This document shows positions 47,022 through 57,335 of a stretch of 64,000 bases of DNA, one piece after another. A program made the translations under genes and the position numbers. The DNA comes from Sedimentisphaerales bacterium (GTDB taxonomy: Bacteria; Planctomycetota; Phycisphaerae; Sedimentisphaerales; SM23-30). The stretch spans positions 160,001 to 224,000 of the forward strand of contig CAXXFK010000015.1 of assembly GCA_963663965.2 (NCBI GenBank). The letters run 5' to 3'. Below the pieces are notes generated by a model. The model was not told where the DNA came from, made no database searches, and saw only the letters and a list, made by a program, of their open reading frames with translations. Every line of letters starts with the position of its first letter. The stretch's first letter is position 1.

Positions 47022-47855
47022 ATGATTGTAGATTGTCATACTCATATCTGGCCGGACCGTGCTGCCATTGGGCGGGCTGCAGATTTTTCCTGCCTGTGTA
47101 CACCGAATGTTACTCAGGCCTGCACAAACTCACATATCGAAGCGATGGATCATGCCGACAGGGCAATCGTCCTGGGCTTCGCCAGTAAATTTTTACAGGC
47201 CGAAATCTCCAATGTTCTCCTAAAAAATTATGTTCAACAGCATCCTGGCAAACTCATCGGTTTTGCCGGTCTGGATCCTCTTGATACGGAAGATCCCATT
47301 GGAACGCTTGAAACCCTCCATCTGGACGGTTTCAAAGGAGTTGTTTTATGTCCTGCCTGCCAGAGTTGTCATCCCTGCGATGTCCAGGCCATGCTGGTTT
47401 ACGAAGCCGCTGAAAAATTGAACATGCCGGTTTACTTCCTCTATGGCCAGAACCTGCCCCGCCAAGCTTGCCTGGAATATGCCAATCCGACCCCACTGGA
47501 TGAAATCGGACGCCGTTTCCCCGATCTCAAAATGATCATTTCCCACCTGGGCTTCCCTTATATCGAAGAGACCATCGCTATCCTGGCCAAAAATCCAAAT
47601 GTCTTCGCCGATGTGTCCGGTCTATCTAATAAGCAATGGCAGGCCTATCGCAGCCTGACTCTGGCTTATGAATACGGCGTGATCGAAAAGCTGCTTTTCG
47701 GTAGCGATTTCCCTAACTTTTCAGTAAAAGAATCAATTGAGGCCCTCTACAATCTCAATAAGATTGGCCTGAACTCCGTCCTGCCTGCCGTGCCGAGAGA
47801 ACTGCTCCGGGGTATTGTTGAGCGTGACAGCATAACCTTACTGGGTTTAGATTGA
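47022..47855 (+). CDS. Amidohydrolase family (Amidohydro_2) protein
   Basis: DCHTH, SHLGFP, NVFADVS, LFGSDFP. Confidence 0.9.
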   Translation: MIVDCHTHIWPDRAAIGRAADFSCLCTPNVTQACTNSHIEAMDHADRAIVLGFASKFLQAEISNVLLKNYVQQHPGKLIGFAGLDPLDTEDPIGTLETLHLDGFKGVVLCPACQSCHPCDVQAMLVYEAAEKLNMPVYFLYGQNLPRQACLEYANPTPLDEIGRRFPDLKMIISHLGFPYIEETIAILAKNPNVFADVSGLSNKQWQAYRSLTLAYEYGVIEKLLFGSDFPNFSVKESIEALYNLNKIGLNSVLPAVPRELLRGIVERDSITLLGLD

Positions 47856-47993
47856 TACGATTGATGCCTAATAGTTTCTGAAGGGTTATCGGAAACGATA
47901 ATCTTGGACTGAATGCCGGCTTTCATCTAAACTAGGCTCATTTTACCCGAAATGCTTGAATACCCTTTTTGGCATTTTTAACTGAATAACATT

Positions 47994-49514
47994 ATGAAAG
48001 AACAAAGAGAAAACTGGGGTTCGCGCGCCGGCTTCATCCTGGCTGCCATTGGCTCCGCCGTTGGCCTGGGCAATGTCTGGCGCTTTCCTCATGAAGCCTA
48101 CAGCAGCGGCGGCAGCGCTTTCCTGGTCCCTTACATCATTGCCATGCTCGTCATCGGAATCCCGCTCCTCATTGCGGAGTTTTCCCTGGGGCACCTGACT
48201 CAACAGGCCTCCCCTAAGGCATTTGCCCGGATTGGCGCCCGATGGGAATTCGTGGGCTGGTGGCCGATCATTCTCAGTTCGATAATTGTCTGCTATTATT
48301 CCGCTGTGCTGGCTTGGACACTGAACTATCTGGTGTTCAGTTTCCAGACCCCCCTGCCCTGGGCCAATAATCCTGATAGCTTTTTTTACGACACGTTTCT
48401 AAAATTTAACAAATCTCATGCCATCGGCTCCCTGCAATGGCCGATCGTCATTTCTCTGGCGGCTATCTGGATCATCATGTTTCTATGTATTTTTAAAGGG
48501 GTTAAGATCGTCAGTAAAATCGTCCTGTGGACCGTTCCCATCCCTTGGATCATGCTACTGATTCTGATGTTCCGGGGAATTACTCTGAATGGAGCGATTC
48601 AGGGACTGGAATATTTTCTGGAACCGGATTGGTCCCGTTTAGCCGATTCCCAGGTCTGGCGCGCGGCCTTTGGCCAGGTCTTTTTCTCCCTGACCATCGC
48701 GTTCGGCGTCATGATTACATACGCCAGCTTCCTGCACCGCAAAAGCGACCTCAATAATAACGCTATGATTATCGCTCTGGCGGACCTGGCTACCAGTATC
48801 ATCGCTGGAATCGCTGTTTTTGCCACCATGGGCGCCCTGGCTCATAATAACGGTAAACCGGTTCACGAAGTCCTTGAAGGCAGTAAATCACTCGGACTGG
48901 CATTCGTTGCTTTTCCTGAAGCCCTCTCTAACTTACCATTTGCCCACATCTTCTCCGCCATATTCTTTATTGCACTGATCCTGCTCGGGATCGACTCCGC
49001 TTTCTCCATGACCGAGGCGACCCTTGCCAGTTTAATTGATAAAACCAGCTGGAAACGAACGACCATTCTCGCAGTAATGTCACTGGTTGGTTTTGGCATT
49101 GGTTTACTTTTTACCAGTGAAGGCGGTCTGTCCTGGCTGGATACCATCGACCGCACCGTCAACGAAGGCACTTGGGGCATTATGTTCGTCGGATTAATCG
49201 AATGCCTCGTCATCGGCTGGGCTTTCGACCTGAAAAAACTGCGCGATCATACTAACCGTCACAGCGACTGGAAACTGGGGGTCTGGTGGGAATGGGCGAT
49301 TAAACTAATTATTCCCGCCATTTTATTGAGCTTAATTGGCTGGAGTTTCTGGGATGATCTCCATCGCAAAGAGGGTTATCTCATTGATCCCCAAGGCAAA
49401 CTCATCGGTACTGATGTACTGAATATCGCACTGTCTTTCATAATCTTGTTGGTTTCTATTATTTTGGGACTCTGGCAACCTGACAAAACAAAACAGATCG
49501 TTGAATATGATTAA
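47994..49514 (+). CDS. Sodium-dependent transporter, NSS/SNF family
   Basis: RENWGSR, GSAVGLGNVWRFP, QVFFSL, LAFVAFP, GIDSAFS. Confidence 0.95.
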   Translation: MKEQRENWGSRAGFILAAIGSAVGLGNVWRFPHEAYSSGGSAFLVPYIIAMLVIGIPLLIAEFSLGHLTQQASPKAFARIGARWEFVGWWPIILSSIIVCYYSAVLAWTLNYLVFSFQTPLPWANNPDSFFYDTFLKFNKSHAIGSLQWPIVISLAAIWIIMFLCIFKGVKIVSKIVLWTVPIPWIMLLILMFRGITLNGAIQGLEYFLEPDWSRLADSQVWRAAFGQVFFSLTIAFGVMITYASFLHRKSDLNNNAMIIALADLATSIIAGIAVFATMGALAHNNGKPVHEVLEGSKSLGLAFVAFPEALSNLPFAHIFSAIFFIALILLGIDSAFSMTEATLASLIDKTSWKRTTILAVMSLVGFGIGLLFTSEGGLSWLDTIDRTVNEGTWGIMFVGLIECLVIGWAFDLKKLRDHTNRHSDWKLGVWWEWAIKLIIPAILLSLIGWSFWDDLHRKEGYLIDPQGKLIGTDVLNIALSFIILLVSIILGLWQPDKTKQIVEYD

Positions 49515-49716
49515 TTTACTGGCATCCATCGAAGCATCCACCCCTGATATCCAGGACACCGCCAGACATGTTTATGATGGCAAACTGGACCCGATTGCCT
49601 GGATCATCATTGGCATTATTTTTATTATGATCGCCGGCGGATTAAGCTGGTGCTTTTATCGCGCGATTACTGCCGCCAAAACCGACTACCAGGAACAGTT
49701 ACCCGACGAAATTTAA
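49507..49716 (+). CDS. Small single-TM protein, MetS-like NSS accessory subunit
   Basis: Overlaps the transporter stop; AWII...IAGGLSWCFYRA. Confidence 0.6.
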   Translation: MINLLASIEASTPDIQDTARHVYDGKLDPIAWIIIGIIFIMIAGGLSWCFYRAITAAKTDYQEQLPDEI

Positions 49717-49718
49717 CT

Positions 49719-50147
49719 ATGATATACCGTTTGTGTTGCCTGCTTGCTCTTTTATGGACGCTGACACTGACTGGCTGCGTGGAACGGGTCATTTATATCG
49801 ACACTGAACCCTCTGGCGCCACCGTCTGGCTCAACGATCAGGAAATCGGTTCGACCCCCTTGAAAACCGGCTTCCTTTTCTACGGCGATTATGATGTTAC
49901 CATCCGAAAAGAAAATTACGAACCGATCAAAACCCACCAACGTACCCCCAGACCCTTTTATGAGATTCTCGGACTTGATTTCATAACTGAAGTATTGATC
50001 CCCTTTACGATCACTGACGAGCATAAGTGGCAATTTGAATTACAGCCGCTCAATTCAGACAAAGAGGCCCTGCTGCAAAACGCGCTTCAAATGTCCAGTG
50101 AGCACAAACCCGTTGAATCCAATGAACATACCCAGGATTCATTTTAA
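49719..50147 (+). CDS. PEGA-domain lipoprotein
   Basis: Lipobox LTGC; TEPSGATVWLNDQEIGSTP. Confidence 0.85.
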   Translation: MIYRLCCLLALLWTLTLTGCVERVIYIDTEPSGATVWLNDQEIGSTPLKTGFLFYGDYDVTIRKENYEPIKTHQRTPRPFYEILGLDFITEVLIPFTITDEHKWQFELQPLNSDKEALLQNALQMSSEHKPVESNEHTQDSF

Positions 50148-50510
50148 TAGTACCCCATCAGATGTCTGCAAATCAACTCCCTTCGGGCTTGATCTCTGAA
50201 TAAACCGGGCTGGCCGGAATGTTAAATTCACCCACAGGATCTGGATGGGCCGGATCAAACGGAGATAATTCATCGATGATCTGGTTGGCCAATTCAGGAA
50301 TCGTGGCTTTGATGCCCTCCACAACACATTTGGCCAACTCATAAGCGCCATAGGCGTTATGGTGAGTACCATCCACAAACGCTTTGGCGGACTCTTCCGG
50401 CCCCAGGGCTTCATAGAATTTACGGCTCATGGCGTGCAGGTCGATCAGCGGGACATTCTGCTCCCGCGCCAGCGCTATCATGGCTTCAGGAAATCCCTGC
50501 ATGGTATCTA

Positions 50511-52338
50511 GAGCCTGTCCGTAGCTTTAACCCTATAGATTTCAAAAGATTATGTAAAAGAGTCGGAGTTATAGCGTGCTATTTTGGGTCAAAACCGTAA
50601 AATAGGTGTGTTATAAAATGTTTTGCGAATCATTTTTCCTTAAAAAAGGGAACACACCTATGCCAGAGATTTTACCCGTTCAGCAGTTGTTTGACAAAGG
50701 TATTCCGGAAGAATTTGGCTGTCTGGAGTATCGCCAGGAACGCCAGCAGTTGCTGGCCATGGACCAGATCATCCGCCACAGCGATCTGGAGCAGTTGTTT
50801 CTCCAGTATTTTCTCGACAAAGCTTACGCTGAAATGGCCATCGAGTACTTTGGCACTGACACGCCGGTTAAATTAACCCATACGGATCGCATGAATATTC
50901 GTGCCCAGGCCGTTTGGGCGTTACGGATGTCGATCCTGCGTAAGCGGCTGGGTTTGTCGTTGCGTAAATTTGCCGTGGCCTTGTCTCATAGCGAACTGTA
51001 TCAGTGGTTTTGCGGCATTAACCGCTTTGATCTGCCCCGGATCCCCGGCAAAACCAGAATCAACGAGTTGGAAAACGCGCTTTCGCCTCAGTTAATCGCT
51101 CAGGCGGAAGAACTGTTTTTTCAAGTGGCCCAGGGTTCGGTTGTTTTGGAGGACCCCCTGGATTTCAGTCAGGCTTATTTTGACTGTACCTGCATTGGCG
51201 CCCACATTCATTATCCGATCGACTGGCTGCTGTTTAGAGATGCGACCCGTACCTTGATGAAGGCGACGGCCCGTATTCGTAAAGCCGGGATCCTGTGTCG
51301 CATGCCTTGCGAGCCGGCTAAGTTTATTTCAAACATGAATAAGCTCTGCATGGAGATGACCTATGTTAACCGCAAAAAGGGCGCGAAAAAACTGCGTAAA
51401 GCGGTTTTGCGAAAGATGAAAAAACTGATCCGGCGGGTCTTGAATCATGCGGAAAATCATCTGAAAAACCTGGAAAACCACTGGAAAAAGGCCGATATCG
51501 CTCTCGGTTCCGTCCGGCAAATCGTCAAACAGATTACCGGCGTGACCTGTCAGTTGGCCGCCGTGGTCAGGCAGGCTCACGAACGCATGATCGGCGAACG
51601 CAAGGTTGCCAATCCAGACAAGATCTTGAGCCTTTACGAGCCGGATATCCATGTGATCGTGCGCCGCAAGGCCGGCGCGGAGACGGAATTTGGCAACCAA
51701 CTTTATCTGGCCGAACAATCCAATGGCTTAATCATGGACTGGAAGTTATTTCGTCAGCAAGGTCCCAGCGATGAAAAAATGCTTAAAGCCAGCCACCGGC
51801 GTATGGAAGAGAAGCTTGGTAATCAAGTCAAGCTGTTGGCCGGCGATCGGGGCTTCGACAGCGCCGGGAATCGCCAATACATGGAAAGTCACGATATTTT
51901 TAATGCGGTTTGTCCGCTCAGCCCGGCCTTGCTGAAGGAAAGGCTTCAGGAAGAGCCGTTCCGGCAGGCTCAGACTCGCCGCAGTCAGACCGAAGCCCGA
52001 ATCAGCATCCTGAGCCATGGTTTTTGCGGGGCGCCCATGAAACAAAAAGGCTTTGATCACCGCCAAGTCCATATGGGCCTGAGCATTTTATCGCACAACC
52101 TCTGGGTATTGGCCAGAATTAAGCTGGCTCAAGAGGAAGAACGGGAAAAAGAACGACAAAAAGTGGCTTAAAACCACCCCGGCTTGCCCTGTTTATGGGG
52201 CTACTATGCGCAGAAATCGGAAAATCACCCGCTGAACGAAAATAACCTGGACGCCAGCCGTCATCTACTGATGATACGATTGAAAATCCGTCCTCCCAAA
52301 ACCGCGGCTCACAAAATCCAAGAATTGCGGACAGGCTC
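50511..52338 (+). mobile_element. IS5-like (DDE) insertion sequence, ~1.83 kb
   Basis: IRs GAGCCTGTCCG / CGGACAGGCTC; direct repeat TATCTA at 50505-10 and 52339-44 (IR/TSD boundary ambiguous by 1-2 bp). Confidence 0.92.
50660..52171 (+). CDS. Transposase, IS5-like
   Basis: DCT..HIHYPID, KILSLYE..RRKAG...EFG, GDRGF, RSQTEARI. Confidence 0.88.
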   Translation: MPEILPVQQLFDKGIPEEFGCLEYRQERQQLLAMDQIIRHSDLEQLFLQYFLDKAYAEMAIEYFGTDTPVKLTHTDRMNIRAQAVWALRMSILRKRLGLSLRKFAVALSHSELYQWFCGINRFDLPRIPGKTRINELENALSPQLIAQAEELFFQVAQGSVVLEDPLDFSQAYFDCTCIGAHIHYPIDWLLFRDATRTLMKATARIRKAGILCRMPCEPAKFISNMNKLCMEMTYVNRKKGAKKLRKAVLRKMKKLIRRVLNHAENHLKNLENHWKKADIALGSVRQIVKQITGVTCQLAAVVRQAHERMIGERKVANPDKILSLYEPDIHVIVRRKAGAETEFGNQLYLAEQSNGLIMDWKLFRQQGPSDEKMLKASHRRMEEKLGNQVKLLAGDRGFDSAGNRQYMESHDIFNAVCPLSPALLKERLQEEPFRQAQTRRSQTEARISILSHGFCGAPMKQKGFDHRQVHMGLSILSHNLWVLARIKLAQEEEREKERQKVA

Positions 52339-54698
52339 TATCTACGACATGACCCGTTTCATCAAACCGGCGTCGATGCATGGAGGTGACCAGAACCGGA
52401 TGAGCGCCTCGATTCCGTGCTTCATCAATAAACTGTCTGAGAGAATCCTGATAACCAACTTCCTCGGGGGTTCCCCGCTTCATGTCATTATGGGCAAACT
52501 GGATAAATAAATAATCGCCGGCTTTGATCTGCGTCAACAGTTTTTCCAAACGTCGCTCACCCACAAACGCTTTCAGCGTTTCCCCCGATTCCGCGTAATT
52601 GGCAATACCGATATCTGGCTTGAAAAAACACGTCAGCATCTGACCCCATGATGTCCAGGGTTCTTTTGTCTGGTCAGTCACGGTTGAATCCCCCGCCAGA
52701 AACAGGGTAGTCACGTGATCGGCTTTTTCTATCTCGATGCTACAGACAGAAGGCTGCGTGCCATTCAATTCCAGAGTCAGGCTGTCATCCCAGTGCAAAA
52801 CGCCAACCTCCCGGCTTTTCAACTTTACTGAACGCCCTTCGGGAAGTCGGCTGTTTCGAATATTGACTATAAAGGAGCGGAGGATCGTGTTACCGGGAAC
52901 TATTTTAAGATTATCCAGCATCAGCCGGCGTGATTCCGCCTTGACAGTCGTATTAGCCAACGTATTGCCACTAAAAGTAATCGTCACAAGGTAGTTGCCT
53001 TCTTCGGGCACATCAACTGAAAACATAAACGGCTTGTCACTCGTGCAGAAATCCCCTCTCATGGCGTCAGTCATATTCCGCTTGCCAGTGACCATATCGG
53101 CGCCGGGGAGAAAGCCATAGCCTCGTTGAGGTGTGTATTGCGTATCTGAGCTTACTGGCGTATAGCCATCGGCTACACGACCTGAACCAAAATCGAATTT
53201 CCAGAATAGACCTGTCTCGGATAAGACCTTCATCGAATTTATCTTGGAATCCTGCTGGGCATCGCCAAACTTTTTATCACCGAGTTGACTGTTATTTATC
53301 TGAACATTTTCAGCATATTTAATCTCTATGGCTTTTTGAGTAATTTCATTGAGTGCAACATTTTCTAGTTGAATATCGCGAATCGGCTCTTCCGCATCGC
53401 CGTGTATCCATAGGCCATATTCAGCCTTGTCAGCCCGGATATTTTTTAACTGGATATTTCTGATTTTCGTTAAGCGTTTTTCATAAGTCGGCACCAGATC
53501 CCGCCACTGGTACAGGACATCGGTGTCGATCTCCAGAATGGCCTTGGCGGGTTGAGTGCCGTGAAACTGAATGTTGTCAACAAAGATATTTTCAACAAAA
53601 CCACCCCGGCGATGATTGGTCTTGATCAGTACACAACTGCGGACAAATCCTTCGTAGGGTTGATAATCGCAATCGTACATATAAACATTCCTGACCCCTC
53701 CGGACATTTCGCTGCCAATAGCCAGCAGGTTATGGCCCAGGATCACCTTGCAATGACGGATAACAATATTTTCACTGCACTTGCCAATACGCCAGGCATC
53801 CTGATTCCGGCCGGCTTTTATGACGATGGGATCGTCACCCTGGTCAAACTGGCAATATTCGATCAGAACATTTTTGCAGAATTCCGGATCAATACCGTCC
53901 GTATTATGGCCCCGGCAGCGAACATCAATGCCACGAACAATGACATTTTCACACAGAACCGGATGCACGGTCCAGAATGGACTGTTTCTTATTGTGACAT
54001 CTTCGATCAGGACATTCCTGCAACGATTTATCTGAATAAATTGCGGCCGCAGATTGATATGATCTCTGACCATATTCCGTTCCCGGACCGGAACGTTTTG
54101 GGCGGCCATTTCATACAGTTCCTTCAATCCCTGCATGTGGGCCGCCGGCCGGTCCATCCATTTTTTCCAGTGGTCCTGAACACAAGTGAGCTGCCCCTTG
54201 CCGGTTATCGCGACATTTTCACATTGATAGGCGTAAATCAGGGGGGAATAGTTATAGCATTCCAAGCCTTCCCAGGTGGTATGCACCACCGGCAGGTAAT
54301 CAGCCGGATCGTCAGAAAAAATCAGTTCAGCCCCTTGATCCACACGGAGGTTAACATTACTTTTCAAATGGACCGTGCCAGTCAGCCATTTCCCTGCAGG
54401 CACAATAACAAAGCCCCCTCCGGCATTATGACAGGCATCGATAGCCTTGGCAATGGCATCGGTGTTTTTGACATTGCCACCTTCCTGAGCGCCGTAATCC
54501 CTGATATTGTACTGCTGGTCCTGAAATGGCGGGCGCTGGATTGCGGGCATGATAAAAGGTGCTTGAATCGGTTGAATTTCAGCAGGAATATCTGCAGTAA
54601 CTCTATTATTGGCATATGTTAATGTAGAAATAATACTGACTAAGCCAAAGATGATATATTGATAACTAATATTCATATTATTGCTCTCTGACATTTAA

Positions 54699-54859
54699 GG
54701 GTACCTCTAATAATTGCTTTAGAGGCGAAAGCGAGGATGATTTTTCTCTGGCAAGAAACAAAGAACCGGGCATATTTGTCAATATTCACGGTTTTTTGTG
54801 ACGCCGTCCAGAGGAAAATCAGACCGCTTGCAGCCCTGAATGAATTATTAGAGGTGCCC
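54699..54859. mobile_element. MITE, 161 bp
   Basis: 17-bp IRs GGGTACCTCTAATAATT / AATTATTAGAGGTGCCC (1 mismatch), TTAA on both flanks. Confidence 0.85.
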
Positions 54860-54993
54860 TTAATTTAACGATTTTTCATTTTGATTTCATTTAGATGTGT
54901 AACCTTTAATAATAATCCTAAACCTGGAATTGGTTTTAATACACTGCATATTATTAAACCGCAAATTCAGATACCGGCCCAATTTTTATTCAA

Positions 54994-55035
54994 AGCGAGA
55001 GACCGGACTCGAACCGGCGACGTCCAGCTTGGGAA
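54994..55035 (-). other. 3' half of tRNA-Gly(CCC), prophage attachment site
   Basis: TTCCCAA-GCTGG-ACGTC-GCCGG TTCGAGT CCGGT-CTCTCGC; 5' anticodon stem and D-arm absent. Confidence 0.88.
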
Positions 55036-55113
55036 AATTTAAAGGCCGTTTTTGTAAGTATTTGTGGATTCATGGTTTATGAACTTAAATGTTTGTATTT
55101 TAAAAAGTTGTTG

Positions 55114-55295
55114 TTTCTATGGTTTTCTACGGTTTTCTATGGTTTTCTACGGTTTTTGGGGCTAGTGTCACATAAAGTGTCACATTGTGACACACTATTA
55201 AGTTTGGCTGACGGTCTAGGGTTTTCTGCGTATTTTTCACTATTTACATGCCAGTATGTCACAAAATGCCTAAAGTGTCACATCGGTGTGTCACA
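55114..55295. repeat. 10-bp tandem repeat (GGTTTTCTAY x~4) plus six (G)TGTCACA boxes, probable recombination arm sites
   Basis: Boxes at ~55165, 55177, 55186 (inverted), 55257, 55275 and 55288, next to att. Confidence 0.7.
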
Positions 55296-55304
55296 ATTTT
55301 TATA

Positions 55305-55637
55305 TTACTTCTTGTGACCCTTCTTTGCCACTATTTTCATTGCCCGGAGTTCGTATCCGAAGACATTCAGGCACTTGTTTACCCGGTCAATAGACATGTC
55401 GGTGTCACCGTCCAGAAAGCGGTAAATCATGGCCCGAGATACGCCCTCAACCCGCTCGCACAGGTGGGCCCGTCTCATATTCCGTTTCGTCATTTCGTCA
55501 ATTATAAGCTGTCTGACTTGGTCCATAAGATAAGCCTGTTCAAGTTCAACGGCTTCCTGATCGATCATGTCCGCACACCGTGTGCAGATCACATCGCCTT
55601 TTTGAGCCGGTCCAGTTTCGCATATTTCGCATAGCAT
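55305..55637 (-). CDS. XRE-type HTH protein with N-terminal CxxC...CxxC Zn ribbon
   Basis: CEIC...CTRC; GVSRAMIYRFLDG..MSIDRVNKCLNVFG. Confidence 0.75.
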   Translation of the reverse strand: MLCEICETGPAQKGDVICTRCADMIDQEAVELEQAYLMDQVRQLIIDEMTKRNMRRAHLCERVEGVSRAMIYRFLDGDTDMSIDRVNKCLNVFGYELRAMKIVAKKGHKK

Positions 55638-55709
55638 ATTAATAGTCCTTTGAGGTTGTGTCAAGGGCCAAATCTAAAATTTTAGAGATAGCCCTTGACG
55701 GGTTATGGA

Positions 55710-56102
55710 TTAATATTCTGATTTCAGCATGCTAACCCCGTCGATGTGATAGAATTCATACTCGGTCATGGGGAAGTCGGTGTACTCAATACGCTGACGA
55801 TAAAGACACTTGCTCTCGTTGGGTGTGTCATTCCAAGCCGTTACCCAAGCTTTACTAAGATCGTCCTTGTCCAGTTCGATACGCCAAACTTGGAACGATT
55901 CACCCTTAACGCCGGGTTCGGCCTGAACACTGCCCACAATATCAAGAAGCCAGTAGCACTCGGCCTTGTCGCACAGGTATTGAATCCCGTCCGTGTAGAG
56001 AGTGCCGAGCCAGTGCCGATACCATTTGCATGTCCCGGTGAAAGAGGGGAGATTGATTTTGAGATCGTGCTCGATTTGTTCCCTGTTTTGCTTGGTTGCC
56101 AT
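55710..56102 (-). CDS. DUF6876-like phage/MGE protein
   Basis: FTGT..WYRH...YTDGIQYL...YWLLD...FQVW...IEYTDFP...SEY. Confidence 0.7.
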   Translation of the reverse strand: MATKQNREQIEHDLKINLPSFTGTCKWYRHWLGTLYTDGIQYLCDKAECYWLLDIVGSVQAEPGVKGESFQVWRIELDKDDLSKAWVTAWNDTPNESKCLYRQRIEYTDFPMTEYEFYHIDGVSMLKSEY

Positions 56103-56189
56103 TTCGTGTCTCCTAAAAAGGTATGTGATTTTAATACAATCCCCCGCCCGGTTGCGAAGCCGGGTTGCGCTGTCGGGGGGTTAGGGGTT

Positions 56190-56372
56190 TTATTCAGAAA
56201 AAGTATAGTGACCAACAGTATTACCATTAAAGTCTCTGACACTTACGGGCTGTGATCCGAAGTAGAGGAACCTGTCATAGCTGACTTGCTTTAAGCAATG
56301 GTCGATTTCATCCCGCAGACCATCACCCTCGAAGGCCGAGTTGTTTGTTTCGATTTCAATTTGTAGCTTCAT
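56190..56372 (-). CDS. Small phage protein (60 aa)
   Basis: RBS GGAG; first gene after a repeated promoter; IETNNSAF...RDFNGNTVG. Confidence 0.75.
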   Translation of the reverse strand: MKLQIEIETNNSAFEGDGLRDEIDHCLKQVSYDRFLYFGSQPVSVRDFNGNTVGHYTFSE

Positions 56373-56465
56373 TTTTTTTTGTCTCCATTAGGGGTTATTA
56401 TTTATCTATACGAAGCCTAGCACAGAGAAAATAATAGTCAAACTGAATGTCTAATATTTTAGAAA
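56368..56465 (-). promoter_or_regulatory. Promoter-RBS module copy 1 with palindromic operator
   Basis: TCTAAAATATTAGA-8nt-TTGACT-16nt-(TGc)TAGGCT; near-duplicate of 57154-57250. Confidence 0.75.
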
Positions 56466-56469
56466 TATT

Positions 56470-56703
56470 TTAAAAAAAAATGGGAGGCCGAAGCCTCCCG
56501 CTAAAACACCCGCACCGCTCTCTAGTTTTCAAGTTTGTTAATGGCTTTCTCAAGAAAAATGTTGCATTTTCAAGATTTTCCATCGTGCCCGTGATAAGAT
56601 AATCAACCGGACTGGTTGGATCTCCAATCTCGTCACCCAGCTTCCTCAGATTGTCCCACTGTTTATTCAGGATTTCTAAGATTTTTTCTAATTTTGCTTT
56701 CAT
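56470..56703 (-). CDS. Small phage protein (3' end uncertain)
   Basis: RBS AAGGAG; ORF runs into a terminator hairpin at 56472-56499. Confidence 0.6.
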   Translation of the reverse strand: MKAKLEKILEILNKQWDNLRKLGDEIGDPTSPVDYLITGTMENLENATFFLRKPLTNLKTRERCGCFSGRLRPPIFF

Positions 56704-56707
56704 GGTT

Positions 56708-56869
56708 TTAACTCCTTACAATTCTGACTATTTTGTCTTTGTCCACAAGGACGTGCATGGTGTCGCACCAGAGCACAGCCTTGCCATCCTGCCAGCCCCG
56801 GAATACGCCTTCATCGTGGTCGCTCAGGGGTGATTTAAATATCACTTTATCGCCGCTGTTAATGTTCAT
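56708..56869 (-). CDS. Small phage protein (53 aa)
   Basis: RBS GGAGG before MNINSGDKV. Confidence 0.65.
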   Translation of the reverse strand: MNINSGDKVIFKSPLSDHDEGVFRGWQDGKAVLWCDTMHVLVDKDKIVRIVRS

Positions 56870-56894
56870 AGTTTTTTGCCTCCCGATTGTAAGA

Positions 56895-57158
56895 TTATTC
56901 CTTGCCCAATTTAGCATAGTCTTCAATCGTCTCAAGAATCCCCTTGAAGCAATCTCCAACAAAAGAGGTATCGTCCATATCAGTACAGTTGATGACCACA
57001 TCAGCAATAACACTTGGATCAAGTCCCATGATAATTCCATGAGCAACGACCGCTTCAAGCGCATCATCCAGACAAATCCCGTTCGTAAATCCGAGATTGT
57101 AAGTTTCTAGTCTGTCATACACTTCAGTTCTGGCTTTTATGTAATCTGGGAATTTCAT
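56895..57158 (-). CDS. Small acidic phage protein (87 aa)
   Basis: RBS AGGAG; first gene after promoter copy 2. Confidence 0.7.
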   Translation of the reverse strand: MKFPDYIKARTEVYDRLETYNLGFTNGICLDDALEAVVAHGIIMGLDPSVIADVVINCTDMDDTSFVGDCFKGILETIEDYAKLGKE

Positions 57159-57250
57159 TTTTTTGTCTCCTGTAAGGGGTTATTATTTATCTATACGAAA
57201 CGTATCACAAGAGAAAAAATTGTCAAACTGAAAGTCTAAAATATGAGAAA
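57154..57250 (-). promoter_or_regulatory. Promoter-RBS module copy 2 with palindromic operator
   Basis: TCTCATATTTTAGA-8nt-TTGACA-16nt-(TGa)TACGTT; preceded by a terminator at ~57258-57282. Confidence 0.75.
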
Positions 57251-57335
57251 ATTAATCAAAAAAATATCGGCACGAGGCCGATAGGTTTGCTAATGCCAGA
57301 TGTGAAGTTATTCACGGGACGTGACTTCGGGTAGC

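Larger units (their letters stand above)
50173..54694 (-). pseudogene. GH28 polygalacturonase-like + CE12 rhamnogalacturonan acetylesterase fusion, interrupted by an IS
   Basis: GH28 NTDGIDP, GDD, IGSE, IKT; SGNH GDSTV, QFAHND, DGTHH; the frame rejoins as GHVVD-TMQGFP when the IS is removed. Confidence 0.9.

Noticed and set aside
50173..50502. Independent 109-aa gene
   Set aside because: It is the in-frame C-terminus of the IS-split CE12 domain
53552..54622. 356-aa plus-strand ORF
   Set aside because: Antisense shadow of the GH28 domain
54960..55075. Complete tRNA-Gly gene
   Set aside because: Only the anticodon loop to acceptor 3' strand is present; the sequence beyond 55035 cannot form the 5' half
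55114..55295. CRISPR array
   Set aside because: Repeats are 7-10 bp with no unique 30-40 bp spacers and no cas genes
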